Below are positions 38,955 to 48,789 of a stretch of 64,000 bases of DNA, one piece after another. The first letter of the stretch is position 1; each line of letters starts with the position of its first letter. The DNA lies in the IMG/VR virus record IMGVR_UViG_3300034092_001898, positions 13,246-77,245 of that record. The stretch is one strand, 5' to 3'. The notes under the pieces were generated by a model. That model was not told where the DNA came from. It worked only from the letters and a program-made list of their open reading frames with translations, and did no database searches. This stretch comes from a virus. Both the position numbers and the translations under genes were made by a program.

Positions 38955-40300
38955 TGGCAAGACGCTATGGACTGAGAGCCAGTTCTAATCTTGCAGACGT
39001 TGCCAATAATACGCTTTGCGTTGAAAATCTCAACCTTCGTATTGCTGACTTTGTTTCTATTGCTGGCATCAGCGCTACTGGCGTTACTCCTAGCGATTTC
39101 GCTGCACTGCAGGGGCTTCGTGCGCCACTAGAGGCTCAGATCACGGGGTTCGCCCCTATTGCTGCAGCGCTTCTATCGGGACTGGCCTTGAAAGCCCTGC
39201 GGACTGGAGATTACATCAGTGGCACGCTCACCGTTAATGGGATTGTCTCTGGGGACCGGGCCTTCATTCGCACCACTGGCAGTGGGGCTGTCTACAGTGC
39301 TGCATCAGGGAGTTTCTTTTCGCCCATTAGTGGCAGTACGTTTTCCGGCGGTGGCTTTTACCTTTCTGGCCCAACACGGATTAGCGGCCTCAACACTGGC
39401 AGTGGCTTGGGCAACTACACTGGCACCACTTTTTCATGGCAGCCTCATTACGAAGACTACAAAGTGTATCAGCGCATCACCAATAGCTCTGACACTCTTT
39501 TCGCTATTCGCACCAAACTGCCTCCTCCGACTGTTTTTAGTGGCTGCCAACTGTGGCTTGATGCTGAGAAAAGTTCGGTTTCGTACTTTGCGGCCAATCG
39601 GATTAGCCAATGGAATAGCCTGATTAGTGGTGGACCAAGCGCAGCGCAATTAACAAGCGGCAATGCTCCGTACTATCTGGTTTCTGGCATCGTTGACAGC
39701 GGCATCCTGAAACCCGGCATCAACTTTACTGGCACTGACTTTTTCTCCCTAAGTTCACTTGGCGGATTCTTTCCCGATGGGGCTACGGTTGTCATCATGG
39801 CCCAAGTTGAAGATGCAGACTACTGCTTGTTAGGTAACAACTCAAGCAATGCCGGACGTTGGCGCACCACTTCGGGCAATGGCACTTGGCCGCTATTTTG
39901 CGCTTCGCCCATTGATCGCTTCCCTGCAGTTATGCCTGCCAATGGAACATTTGTGTTTGGTATTAGAGCATCACAAGCCTACGGGTTAGAAATTAGGAGC
40001 AATGGACAGCGGTTAGATTATGCCTCCCCATCAGGTTTTGAATATCAAGCCAGTGGAGAATACCTGCTAGGTACTGCTCCTGGTGGCGCCGGACGTTTCG
40101 GGGGAAAGGTGTTCGCCGTGGTGGCCTTTAATCGAGTGCTGCCAGATAGGGAATTGCGCACCGTGGAGGAGTATTGCCTGTGGCGCTATAATTCAGTCTA
40201 TAACCCTGATGCCACGCAAACTTTGCAGTTAGAGGATGGTTCCTTCCTGCAACTTGAAACTGCATCTGGTACCACTGATTTCGTCGTAGATCTAGGCTGA
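38954..40300 (+). CDS. Fibre protein with LamG/ConA-like domain
   Basis: GLRASSNLAD; QLWLDA..ISQW..FNRVL..VEEY. Confidence 0.75.
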   Translation: MARRYGLRASSNLADVANNTLCVENLNLRIADFVSIAGISATGVTPSDFAALQGLRAPLEAQITGFAPIAAALLSGLALKALRTGDYISGTLTVNGIVSGDRAFIRTTGSGAVYSAASGSFFSPISGSTFSGGGFYLSGPTRISGLNTGSGLGNYTGTTFSWQPHYEDYKVYQRITNSSDTLFAIRTKLPPPTVFSGCQLWLDAEKSSVSYFAANRISQWNSLISGGPSAAQLTSGNAPYYLVSGIVDSGILKPGINFTGTDFFSLSSLGGFFPDGATVVIMAQVEDADYCLLGNNSSNAGRWRTTSGNGTWPLFCASPIDRFPAVMPANGTFVFGIRASQAYGLEIRSNGQRLDYASPSGFEYQASGEYLLGTAPGGAGRFGGKVFAVVAFNRVLPDRELRTVEEYCLWRYNSVYNPDATQTLQLEDGSFLQLETASGTTDFVVDLG

Positions 40301-40689
40301 TGACAAAACTGAGCCAACTAGCAGTGATTTCCGGCTCGGCATTAGCCGATAACGACCTGCTGTTTGTCAATGATGTAAGTGATGCGTCATTACCGAGCAA
40401 GGCTTTAACGATTAGCGGCCTGAAGCAAGCGATTGCTTTGGCTTTTGTGGGCACCAATCCTGAGGACATTCCCCTCAATCAGCATCTTGGCGATCTTGCG
40501 TTTCTTGACACCTTCCAGCCCACGATTGTTAGTGGCCTTAACGTAAGCTCTGACGTAGCCTCTAGCGGTGTTCGCACAGCCACCTTCACTGCCACTAATG
40601 CTCCAGGGGCTTCTAACGTCGTGGTAAGGCAATGGTTGCCAGTAGTGATCACTGGCGTCACTCATTACCTTCCATTGTTTGCTCCTTAA
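40300..40689 (+). CDS. Small fibre-associated protein
   Basis: TKLSQL, GTNPEDIPLNQHLGDLAF. Confidence 0.65.
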   Translation: MTKLSQLAVISGSALADNDLLFVNDVSDASLPSKALTISGLKQAIALAFVGTNPEDIPLNQHLGDLAFLDTFQPTIVSGLNVSSDVASSGVRTATFTATNAPGASNVVVRQWLPVVITGVTHYLPLFAP

Positions 40690-41996
40690 TGCCTGCTGGT
40701 TATCCTACGGTTAGGCCACTGCAAATGCTTGATTACGCAAATCAAGCAAACATTGACTCGCGCTTTGTTTTTACGCGATCTACAACTGGCTCTTACGTTG
40801 ATGCTTCTGGCATTCAACAAGTTGTCGGAGTCAATGAACCGCGACCATCGTACCATCCGCTAACGGGAGCCTATCAGGGCTTGCTACTGGAAAGCGCAGG
40901 CACCAACTTGCTGCCATGGAGCAATGACATTACAGCATCTGGCTGGTATTACGCTCCGCAAAATGGCGCTATTGGTTCAGGGTACACGGGCATTGGGGGG
41001 CTTCCCACGGCTTATCGTGTTGCGGAAGGCAGTGTACCTGGGACATGGTTTATTGCCACTTCTGTTGCCATTAGCGGCCAAACTAATTATGGAGTATCGG
41101 CGTTTCTGAAAAGCGATGGCGTGAGCCGTGGCTATTTGCAGTTTGTTGGTGTTGATGCAAGCGGAGTGGTGAAAGGCAATGTGGTGGTTTATTTTGACCT
41201 ACGCCGAGAGCTTGTATTCCCAGAAAACTATGGCGTCAACACAGATACAGCGCTGCTAGAAAAACGCAAAAATGGGTGGTTTCGCGTAGGGGGAACTGGC
41301 CCAATCGCATCCGGCGCGGTACTGGGAGTAGTGAACTTAGTGCTGCAACGTGACGATGGAAGCCTATTTTATCAAGGGAATGGACAAGGCTTGCTGACGG
41401 ATGGTTTTCAAGTGGATGCCAATGGCAGCAATGCCTACATTTCTTCGTTCATTGCCACGTCAGGAACGGCTCTTACTCGCGCTGCAGATGCCATAACAAG
41501 CGCCAGCAATCAACTTGATGATTGGTACGTTCAGAGCGGAGCCACTTTTTATCAAGATGCCTTGGTACTGAATGACGACTTTTATGGCAGTGGGCGTTAC
41601 ATTTTTCAAGCACTTGCAGTCGCCACTTCAGCAAGAGCAGAATTACGTATTAACGCTGCCTCCAATGGAGCGCGAATCGCCGGAATAGTCGCTAGTGGAG
41701 TTGTTGCTGATTTTTCGATTGGTTCTTTTGCTCCTGGCAATGGCCTTGAATCATGGGAAGCGCCAGCATCAGGCTCCGGGACAAGCCGAACCATTGCCAC
41801 TCGCTCTGCATTTAGCTTTTCTCCATCGGGACTTTTCTTGGCCTTTAATGGCCAATCTGTTACAACGTCTGGCCTTGTTCCATCTGGCGTTAATCGACTT
41901 AGCTTACAGCCCGCTAATGCCGGGAAAGTTATTCTACGTCGTGCTACCATCTACCCATTGCTCACCAATAGTGAGGCGCTACTGTTAACACAATGA
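40689..41996 (+). CDS. Spike/fibre protein
   Basis: FTRSTTGSYVD..GLLLE..TNLL..GWFR..SFIAT..TRAAD. Confidence 0.75.
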   Translation: MPAGYPTVRPLQMLDYANQANIDSRFVFTRSTTGSYVDASGIQQVVGVNEPRPSYHPLTGAYQGLLLESAGTNLLPWSNDITASGWYYAPQNGAIGSGYTGIGGLPTAYRVAEGSVPGTWFIATSVAISGQTNYGVSAFLKSDGVSRGYLQFVGVDASGVVKGNVVVYFDLRRELVFPENYGVNTDTALLEKRKNGWFRVGGTGPIASGAVLGVVNLVLQRDDGSLFYQGNGQGLLTDGFQVDANGSNAYISSFIATSGTALTRAADAITSASNQLDDWYVQSGATFYQDALVLNDDFYGSGRYIFQALAVATSARAELRINAASNGARIAGIVASGVVADFSIGSFAPGNGLESWEAPASGSGTSRTIATRSAFSFSPSGLFLAFNGQSVTTSGLVPSGVNRLSLQPANAGKVILRRATIYPLLTNSEALLLTQ

Positions 41997-43780
41997 CAAG
42001 GGGACTTGTACGAGCCAATAATTTTTCGGACTTGACCGACAAGGATCAGGCCGTTACAAATCTCGGCCTATCTTCCGTTGATTATGCCGCCTTAAAAGGA
42101 CTCTATACCACGGCAGGAATTGATTTTGCCGTGATTGGCGAGATTGGCAATAGCCAAGGCAACTATCAAGCACAACTCGATGGAGTGTCCAGCACGTTTT
42201 CTGGTATCGTCCTGTCAGGTTATGTTAATCGCTCTGGCAATAGCGCCATTACTGGTAACTGGTCCCATAGTGGCATTATTGATATTGTGAGCGGCCTGCC
42301 CAGCGGTTATCCAGCCTCAACAGACAGCCTGTTTTCCCTTTCCATTGAAAACGGAGAGGCAGTTATTGTTGCGTCCGGATTGATTGCAAGCGGACTATCG
42401 TATAATGGAGTGAGACAATCAAGCTCAACCGTACAACGAGCACTTCCACCAAGCGGCTTTAGTCCATTGCATTTGATTCCTTTACAAGTTGGTGGCCAAG
42501 GGTATTTCGCGGAAGCGGGAGAAAGCCCTAGCTTTCATATTGCCCCGGCTCGACTTGGCCATGCTCTTGACCTTGTTACTGGCAATTTGATCGGCACCTA
42601 CAACTCAGCATCCCCGGCTATGGCCGTCGGTTCCGACGGGCTGCTGTTCACCCCAGCAGCGAATGCGCCGGTCATTGAATACAACCCCGTGACTCGGGCG
42701 TGCCTGGGAACGAGGATCTGGGGGGTGGTGACGAATCAGATCCGCAACAATACGATGGTCGGCGCGGCAACGGGAATACCGGGAACGATGCCGATTAACT
42801 GGAGCGATGTCCCGACCAGCAATGGATTGAGTCGGCAAATTGTCGGGATCGGAACAGAGGCTGGAATCACCTACATAGCCATCCGATACTCTGGAACAAC
42901 AACGGCAACGGCAAGCACCGTTCTGCAGCCTGAATTAAGCGCCGTTGTTGTAGCCGCAACCGGTCAATCATGGACTGCAAGTTCATGGCTTGCATTAGCT
43001 GGCGGCTCAGCGAATGGACTGACAATAGTTCAACGGGTTACCGGCCGCTCCTCTGGCGGTAGCTTCCTTGAGAACACTGATACAACAATAACGCCGAGTT
43101 CGACACTGACTCGCTATGCAGCGTCAAAAACAATGACGAATGCGTCAACATTAAGAGTTTCCTGCGACATTGTCCTTTCCTACAACTCTGGCGCCGCCAT
43201 TGACATCACCCTCCGCATCGGCCTGCCTCAGCTAGAGCAATCGGCAACCATGGGGCCAGTGGTGCCGACGTCAGGACTTATCGCCAGCAGCACCGCCGAT
43301 GTGTGGTCAATCACGGGCGCGGATTTCAACAGGATCTACAATCAATCGGCGGTGACGTTCTACTTTGACGGATCCTACGTTCAGGCCGGCCCCTCATCGT
43401 TTCCCAGGATGATTGCCGCAGTGGGATCAAACCCTAACACTGATGAGGTTAGTATTTATGGCCGCGTCAATACTGGCAGTGGGGATGGTCGCTTTTACGG
43501 CAGTTCTACAATTGCTGGGACAAGTCAATTCACGCTTGGCGAGTTCACATCCCCAGTGATGAATAGCGGCAAAGCGGCGGCGGCTTTCGCCTTGAATGAT
43601 GCCGCTATGTTCGACGGCCAGGTGTTAACGACTGACAACACCGGGACTCTGCCAGTAGCGCAGGAGCTACGGATTATGGGCCAAGCACGTTTTCAGCCAA
43701 TGCCCAACGGCTACATCCGCGAGCTTGCAATTTTCCGCAGCCGTCGGCCTAACGCCAACCTCCAGGCGCTGACAACATGA
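41993..43780 (+). CDS. Spike/fibre protein with probably exchanged C-terminal domain
   Basis: GLVRANNFSDL; TNQIRN, LRIGLPQLE, LQALT. Confidence 0.75.
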   Translation: MTRGLVRANNFSDLTDKDQAVTNLGLSSVDYAALKGLYTTAGIDFAVIGEIGNSQGNYQAQLDGVSSTFSGIVLSGYVNRSGNSAITGNWSHSGIIDIVSGLPSGYPASTDSLFSLSIENGEAVIVASGLIASGLSYNGVRQSSSTVQRALPPSGFSPLHLIPLQVGGQGYFAEAGESPSFHIAPARLGHALDLVTGNLIGTYNSASPAMAVGSDGLLFTPAANAPVIEYNPVTRACLGTRIWGVVTNQIRNNTMVGAATGIPGTMPINWSDVPTSNGLSRQIVGIGTEAGITYIAIRYSGTTTATASTVLQPELSAVVVAATGQSWTASSWLALAGGSANGLTIVQRVTGRSSGGSFLENTDTTITPSSTLTRYAASKTMTNASTLRVSCDIVLSYNSGAAIDITLRIGLPQLEQSATMGPVVPTSGLIASSTADVWSITGADFNRIYNQSAVTFYFDGSYVQAGPSSFPRMIAAVGSNPNTDEVSIYGRVNTGSGDGRFYGSSTIAGTSQFTLGEFTSPVMNSGKAAAAFALNDAAMFDGQVLTTDNTGTLPVAQELRIMGQARFQPMPNGYIRELAIFRSRRPNANLQALTT

Positions 43781-44169
43781 GCCACTATTTCACGCTACAT
43801 TTTGCCTCAGAAGAAGACGCCATTCAAGCCGTGGCAGGCTTAAACTTGCTGCCATTGGAAATAGTTGATGGCGCTACAACTGAACTGCCAGACTCAATAG
43901 TCATCTCTCAAGCCGGAGGGCGCTTGCGTGGAGCGGCTCGTATCATCTCTGGTGTTGCCATTCCCGGCGAATACAACCCAGAAACTCAAGAGGAAATGAA
44001 ACCGCCTATTCCTATTCCTGGTACGTTTGTGGATATTGTCCTCAACCGCAACATCCTCCCATCACAACTCAAGCCCTATCGCGTGCCTTATGGCAGTGCA
44101 GGACACGTTTGGGCTAATAGCACGATGGAGGAAGGGGCATGCCCCCCCCTCTTGCCTCGGCTAACATAA
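43777..44169 (+). CDS. Putative fibre assembly chaperone
   Basis: Follows the fibre gene; LHFASEEDA..G.Y...PP..IPG. Confidence 0.5.
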   Translation: MSHYFTLHFASEEDAIQAVAGLNLLPLEIVDGATTELPDSIVISQAGGRLRGAARIISGVAIPGEYNPETQEEMKPPIPIPGTFVDIVLNRNILPSQLKPYRVPYGSAGHVWANSTMEEGACPPLLPRLT

Positions 44170-44188
44170 ACAAAACAGGACTTGCATC

Positions 44189-44704
44189 ATGCTTCGCATT
44201 AGGAACGGGGAACAACTGGAGCGTCAGTTAATGACCAGCGATGGTCAAGAGGCGAGAATCGCTTTTAGTCGCCCTGGCACTACTTTCACTTATTCTGGCA
44301 ACGTTGTTGTTGGCTCTACGGCATCTGGCGTATTTGAAGTGGTGACGAGCGGCGAAGCGAACATGAGCTTGTTCGTGACCAATGCTCGCGTAAAAATGGT
44401 CCGTAGCGGTGTGCCATCGGGGTATTCGGCAATGCGACTGCATTGGTTCAATGCTGCACCATCAGGTATTAACGATGGATCGGCGCTAGTAGTTAGCAGT
44501 GGCGATAGTGAAAAGTACAAAGGCTACAGCGACCTCATTGGTGTAGTAGATTTGGGGCAAACGATTGTATCTCAAGGCGCTTTGCTGAATAAGCAGATCT
44601 TGCTCAACAGTCCTTCGGTGTGGCTGGCCCTCACTCCTGGCACGGTGTTTGCTGCAGCCTCTGGTACGCCTTATCAAGTGGAACTTGACTACTTTATAGT
44701 TTGA
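44189..44704 (+). CDS. Putative virion protein
   Basis: RLHWFNAAP; Ser-Gly-rich. Confidence 0.6.
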   Translation: MLRIRNGEQLERQLMTSDGQEARIAFSRPGTTFTYSGNVVVGSTASGVFEVVTSGEANMSLFVTNARVKMVRSGVPSGYSAMRLHWFNAAPSGINDGSALVVSSGDSEKYKGYSDLIGVVDLGQTIVSQGALLNKQILLNSPSVWLALTPGTVFAAASGTPYQVELDYFIV

Positions 44705-44982
44705 TGGAAGATCAATACTGGCGGTTTGCTACTGAGTCGGAAGCCATTGGCGCTTTAATGCAAGCCAGGATTATTGCTAGCGGCTCTACTGCCGCCACGG
44801 TTGGCGTCTTGGATTTTGTGGGGACGATTGCTTATGGCGGAAAGTTTGACTACGAAGCTCGACGTTTGACTTCCCCTCCATTGGCCTTTTCTGGCTATCA
44901 CGTTAATTATCGTGGGCCAGTCGTAGCAGGTCTCGCTAAGTATCGCGTGTTTCCCTCTGCTCCATCGCGGAAGTTTGCATAA
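44701..44982 (+). CDS. Putative fibre chaperone, related to 43777
   Basis: WRFATESEA..GYHVN..P..PSRKFA. Confidence 0.55.
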   Translation: MMEDQYWRFATESEAIGALMQARIIASGSTAATVGVLDFVGTIAYGGKFDYEARRLTSPPLAFSGYHVNYRGPVVAGLAKYRVFPSAPSRKFA

Positions 44983-45320
44983 TGGAACCAGCCTGCTTTC
45001 CAATTACCATCACTCAAGGCGCCACTTTTGATTTGGAAGTGGCGTGGCAAGATTCCAATGAAATTGGCATCAACATGTCAGGCTGGACGCTAAAAGCTGA
45101 TCTTTACAATCGCCTTGGCACGCAAAAGCTCGCCTCCTTTGTTTTGCCATGGTCCAATCAGGCCAGTGGTATTTTTAGGCTCACCATGGCAGCCAGCACT
45201 ACAAGTGGCATTACTGAAAACGGCCAATACGATGTTTTTGCCACTGATCCATCTGGGCGAGTGTATTGTCCCCTGGAGGGCTCTGCCCATCTCAATCCCA
45301 GCCTTTCGTTTCGGCCATGA
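44982..45320 (+). CDS. BppU-N-like adaptor protein
   Basis: ITITQGATF..YDV..LEG. Confidence 0.65.
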   Translation: MEPACFPITITQGATFDLEVAWQDSNEIGINMSGWTLKADLYNRLGTQKLASFVLPWSNQASGIFRLTMAASTTSGITENGQYDVFATDPSGRVYCPLEGSAHLNPSLSFRP

Positions 45321-45832
45321 CCATCATTGCTAACGTTACAAACAACAGCGTAGTATTGCGGGAGCCAGGGCCTGCTGGCGCTCAAGGGATACCGGGATCC
45401 AGCGTTAGGTATCAAGCGCAAATTATTCACCTTCCCATTGTTACAATTTCCGGCATAGTGCAAAACGTTTATAGCCCAGTGGCTATGAGTGGTACGTTTG
45501 ACTCAGGGGTGGCCAGTGGTATTGTTGTAGGATCAGGCTTTAGCTTGCGCAATAACACTAACGCCACACTCATTTTCAATGCTAGTGCAGTAGCGGAAGC
45601 CACTGCTAACAACAACGAAAACCTAGGCTTGCGCCTCACTAAGAATGGTGTCACCATTGCCAATAGTGAAACCAGTGCTCACGTTAGCAATTCGAGTGCT
45701 GCGTCTTTGCTGATTGTCCCATCCTTTTACTTGGAGCTTGCCCATGGCGATGAAGTAGGATTGGCCGTGACCAATTTTTCGGCTAACGTCAATATCAGCC
45801 TGCAGCGAACACGGCTAACCCTTAGCGTTTAA
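45317..45832 (+). CDS. Putative virion protein (short collagen-like segment and beta domain)
   Basis: PGPAGAQGIPG followed by a beta-rich domain. Confidence 0.6.
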   Translation: MTIIANVTNNSVVLREPGPAGAQGIPGSSVRYQAQIIHLPIVTISGIVQNVYSPVAMSGTFDSGVASGIVVGSGFSLRNNTNATLIFNASAVAEATANNNENLGLRLTKNGVTIANSETSAHVSNSSAASLLIVPSFYLELAHGDEVGLAVTNFSANVNISLQRTRLTLSV

Positions 45833-46926
45833 TAGTCCCAGCGCACGCGAGGACGACCGGGCCTAATGCCAAGGTGGACAAAGCCTTTCGGCGCACCATA
45901 GCCCAGGCTGTAAGGCCAGTTGCTATCGCACCAATCTTGCACAGCGTAAATACTCTTGCCAGTCACGAGGAAGTCCACGGCGCCAGTATCCGGGGCATCG
46001 TATAGATGTTCAGACTGGCTGGCTCCTCCGACGGCACGATTGATGGCCAGAGGGCGATAACCTGATGTGATCTCGATGGGCGCACCAAACTCAGCCCGCA
46101 CTTTCTCTAAGAACTCAGCAATCAATCGCGCTGTGGCACATTGATGACTGGCCACGAACCGTCTTGCTTCCTGATACAATGCAAACTCGCCATAGGTGAC
46201 ATGAGGCGTGATTTGCATGGTGAAGGGGCTGGACGGCACAAAGGCTGCAGGAGCCGCTTGGGGCGGGGCTGGAGGCTTGGGCAGCCCCTGACTCCATAGA
46301 TCTCCCTCTGCTGCCCTACGACGCCTCAGGCCAGCCTCTGTGGACGTACCCGGATTCACATAAAGAGCCATTGCCGCTGGCACTTTGTCCCACGCAAAAT
46401 CAGCAAGTCGTTTTGTGATCGTCTCAAATCCAACGAGCCCATAGAAGTTCCAGCCAACGTTATAGGCAAAACTCATTAAGGCTCCCTTTTGACCATCGTT
46501 CATTTTGTCCCAACCTGGAATGGTGCGCTTCAAGGTGGGCAGTACAAAGTTCTCTAGGGTATTGCTCAGCATGGCATCGGCTACGTTTTGCGTGATGCGG
46601 TCGCCTTTCTTGACTGGAGCACCATCGAAATGCTTTGTGTTGCCCCAGCCAATCGTCCACACCCCCACCCCATCGTCGTAAGCCTCAAGCTCACAACCCT
46701 CAAACTCCTGCACTAGCGCCAGCCCTTTAGCCGGGATAGTGGAGGGAGAAGGGTTGGGGGCTGTTTGCTTGCCAGCACTAGACCATGTGGCAAACCATGG
46801 CTGGCTCCTATCCATTGGATTAGGGGCGCCTTTAGCCAGCGCTTCATCAAGCTCTACAAGGGCTGCATCCTGAAGAGGCAGCCCCTTGTAGAACCGGACA
46901 ATATCACGCACCAATACCCGAGACAT
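45829..46926 (-). CDS. Endolysin: GH24 lysozyme fused to peptidase M15A
   Basis: EFEG..AYDDGVGVWTIGWG..GLRRRR; ITSGYR..N..VGGA..SEH..AVDF..FVHLG. Confidence 0.92.
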   Translation of the reverse strand: MSRVLVRDIVRFYKGLPLQDAALVELDEALAKGAPNPMDRSQPWFATWSSAGKQTAPNPSPSTIPAKGLALVQEFEGCELEAYDDGVGVWTIGWGNTKHFDGAPVKKGDRITQNVADAMLSNTLENFVLPTLKRTIPGWDKMNDGQKGALMSFAYNVGWNFYGLVGFETITKRLADFAWDKVPAAMALYVNPGTSTEAGLRRRRAAEGDLWSQGLPKPPAPPQAAPAAFVPSSPFTMQITPHVTYGEFALYQEARRFVASHQCATARLIAEFLEKVRAEFGAPIEITSGYRPLAINRAVGGASQSEHLYDAPDTGAVDFLVTGKSIYAVQDWCDSNWPYSLGYGAPKGFVHLGIRPGRPRVRWDY

Positions 46927-47072
46927 CAGCGACGATACGGGGCGAACAGGGCTTTGGCAACAGCGATAATCAATTCCACTTGCGAATTGGGCTTGATCGG
47001 CAGCATTGCAATGATGGTTTCAATGGCGCCAACAATTACGGCACCAATGGCCATGTATTCAAGGGCAGTCAT
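46926..47072 (-). CDS. Small holin-like membrane protein (48 aa, not in the ORF track)
   Basis: MTALEYMAIGAVIVGAIETIIAMLPIKPNSQVELIIAVAKALFAPYRR; stop overlaps the endolysin start. Confidence 0.65.
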   Translation of the reverse strand: MTALEYMAIGAVIVGAIETIIAMLPIKPNSQVELIIAVAKALFAPYRR

Positions 47073-47096
47073 TAGAAAGACGCAACTACCAATAGC

Positions 47097-47348
47097 TTAG
47101 CGCTTAATCTCCAAGATTCGCACTCGATCTATTAGGTTATCAACGTCAACAGAATCAGCCTTGCCATCCACCTTGCCAGTTAAGGCGTCTACGAGCTTCG
47201 TGATTGTTTCGATTTGAGTGTTAATCCTGACTTGCTGTTGTCCCACAGCAATTAAAGTGCCGCCACTAGCCAGCAAAATGGCTGCTGTGACAGTGCTTGT
47301 CAAGGAGCTTAGCCATTCCTGCCATGACTTGTCGGTAGGGTCTGCCAT
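47097..47348 (-). CDS. Membrane-anchored coiled-coil protein (lysis cassette)
   Basis: Hydrophobic segment followed by coiled coil ending RVRILE. Confidence 0.6.
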   Translation of the reverse strand: MADPTDKSWQEWLSSLTSTVTAAILLASGGTLIAVGQQQVRINTQIETITKLVDALTGKVDGKADSVDVDNLIDRVRILEIKR

Positions 47349-47428
47349 TGCCGCATTTCCATTCCTCCATTCTATCTGAAAGTTGCCCTTTAACTTTGTT
47401 GTAGGCTAAGGGCAGTGGCGAGGATTCA

Positions 47429-47878
47429 ATGGAAGTGGCCTACCACCCTGACGATTTGCTCAACAACTTGATTGAACTTCGTCCAGGTGATGCCCGTAAG
47501 CGATTCCGCAAAGCTATTTTTGACGACTATCCTTTGCGTGGTCCGTTGGGCCATTGCTGTTGCGCTTATTGCGGCAAGTGGAATGAAAAGCTAACGCTAG
47601 ATCACGTCATTCCCAAAAGCAAAGGCGGTCCTCATTATTCTCGCTATAACCTTGTGCCTGCCTGTAATCGCTGCAATGTCATCAAGGCTAGTGATGATGT
47701 TTTGGAGTTTTGGCGCCCTCAGGAATGGTGGTCGGCTGAAAGGGAAGCCGTTTTGTTTCGATGGGTGATGGTTAATTCGTGGATGGCCGGACGGCTGGCG
47801 GAGGCAGATGATCTGCCTCCAGCGCAGCCACTAATCATTCCATTCCCTGTTCCGCCATTTGATCAATTAAGCGATTGA
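47429..47878 (+). CDS. HNH endonuclease
   Basis: CAYCG..LTLDHVIPKSKGG..NLVPACNRCN. Confidence 0.9.
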   Translation: MEVAYHPDDLLNNLIELRPGDARKRFRKAIFDDYPLRGPLGHCCCAYCGKWNEKLTLDHVIPKSKGGPHYSRYNLVPACNRCNVIKASDDVLEFWRPQEWWSAEREAVLFRWVMVNSWMAGRLAEADDLPPAQPLIIPFPVPPFDQLSD

Positions 47879-48071
47879 GATACCAACGCGCTTTTTCTGC
47901 ATCTTGCCTTGGCTTGCCTTTATACCAAAGCCTTAGAAGGTACTTCAGGACTTGGCCGTGGAGGAAAGCCAGGTTGGCCAAGGGGGCGACTTTGATTGCA
48001 TCTTCGATTGTGATAATTGCCTCTTGAGAGCCTTGCTTGTAGTGACTGGGATGATTAACGGGATCGCTCAT
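47835..48071 (-). CDS. DUF3310 protein
   Basis: DPVNHPSHY..KYL.R..K...D.EKARWYL. Confidence 0.88.
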   Translation of the reverse strand: MSDPVNHPSHYKQGSQEAIITIEDAIKVAPLANLAFLHGQVLKYLLRLWYKGKPRQDAEKARWYLNRLIDQMAEQGME

Positions 48072-48075
48072 GGAA

Positions 48076-48789
48076 TCAGACGTTGATGGGGCTGTTGGCC
48101 ACAAGGGCAAAAACGTGGGGGAACCGAGACGCGGCAAGTTCTGTGAGGGCTTTGGCATACTGTTGAATTTCGTACTGAGCACCATCTTCTTGACGTAGGG
48201 CAATGAAATGCAGCAGTGCTTGCAGGGAGCAAGTCCAAGTGAAACTTGTGTAGAGACATGCTGGCAGTACAGCGCGAGCCTGTTCTTTTGCTACCCCCAT
48301 TTCAATGAGATTAACGTAGCTTTCAACAGCAATACCAACGGCACGACTATAAAGAGCACTCGCTTTGTGTTGCGCGTCGATTTCACCATTGCTTGCCTGC
48401 TTATTGTTTGTGGATTGAGCGCGAAACACCAATGGTGCATAGTATTCGTTGTCCTTTGCTTGACAGTAGCGAAAGCTTTTTTCGTTCCAGCCAAGTTGAT
48501 CATCAACATAAGTGCAGGCAACAACGTGCTTCCACCATTGACGGGCAATGAATAGTGGTGCCTTAACATGAAAGCGCAAAACACTTCCTCGCAACGGGGA
48601 AGTGTGGTTATTGGTTAGAAGGAATGAAAGAAGCCCCTGCTCCTTTTCCCCAAAGTGTTGCGAATGGCGATCATAGCTTTGCTTGGCATCATTCACAATC
48701 GCCAAGTCGTCGCCCATTGCGTCTAGCAATTCCACTTTGCCAATGCCGTCCCCTAGCGGGAACCGCTGATCTCCCCTTTCACTAGCCAT
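48076..48789 (-). CDS. thyX: Flavin-dependent thymidylate synthase
   Basis: MGDD..IVN.A, H.SP, APLFIARQWWKH, WNEKSFRY, KEQARAVLP, AQYEIQ. Confidence 0.9.
   Translation of the reverse strand: MASERGDQRFPLGDGIGKVELLDAMGDDLAIVNDAKQSYDRHSQHFGEKEQGLLSFLLTNNHTSPLRGSVLRFHVKAPLFIARQWWKHVVACTYVDDQLGWNEKSFRYCQAKDNEYYAPLVFRAQSTNNKQASNGEIDAQHKASALYSRAVGIAVESYVNLIEMGVAKEQARAVLPACLYTSFTWTCSLQALLHFIALRQEDGAQYEIQQYAKALTELAASRFPHVFALVANSPINV

Noticed and set aside
48076-48789. ThyX motif deviation (WWKH instead of RHR)
   Set aside because: Resembles the variant I recognise in cyanobacterial-type ThyX; not novel
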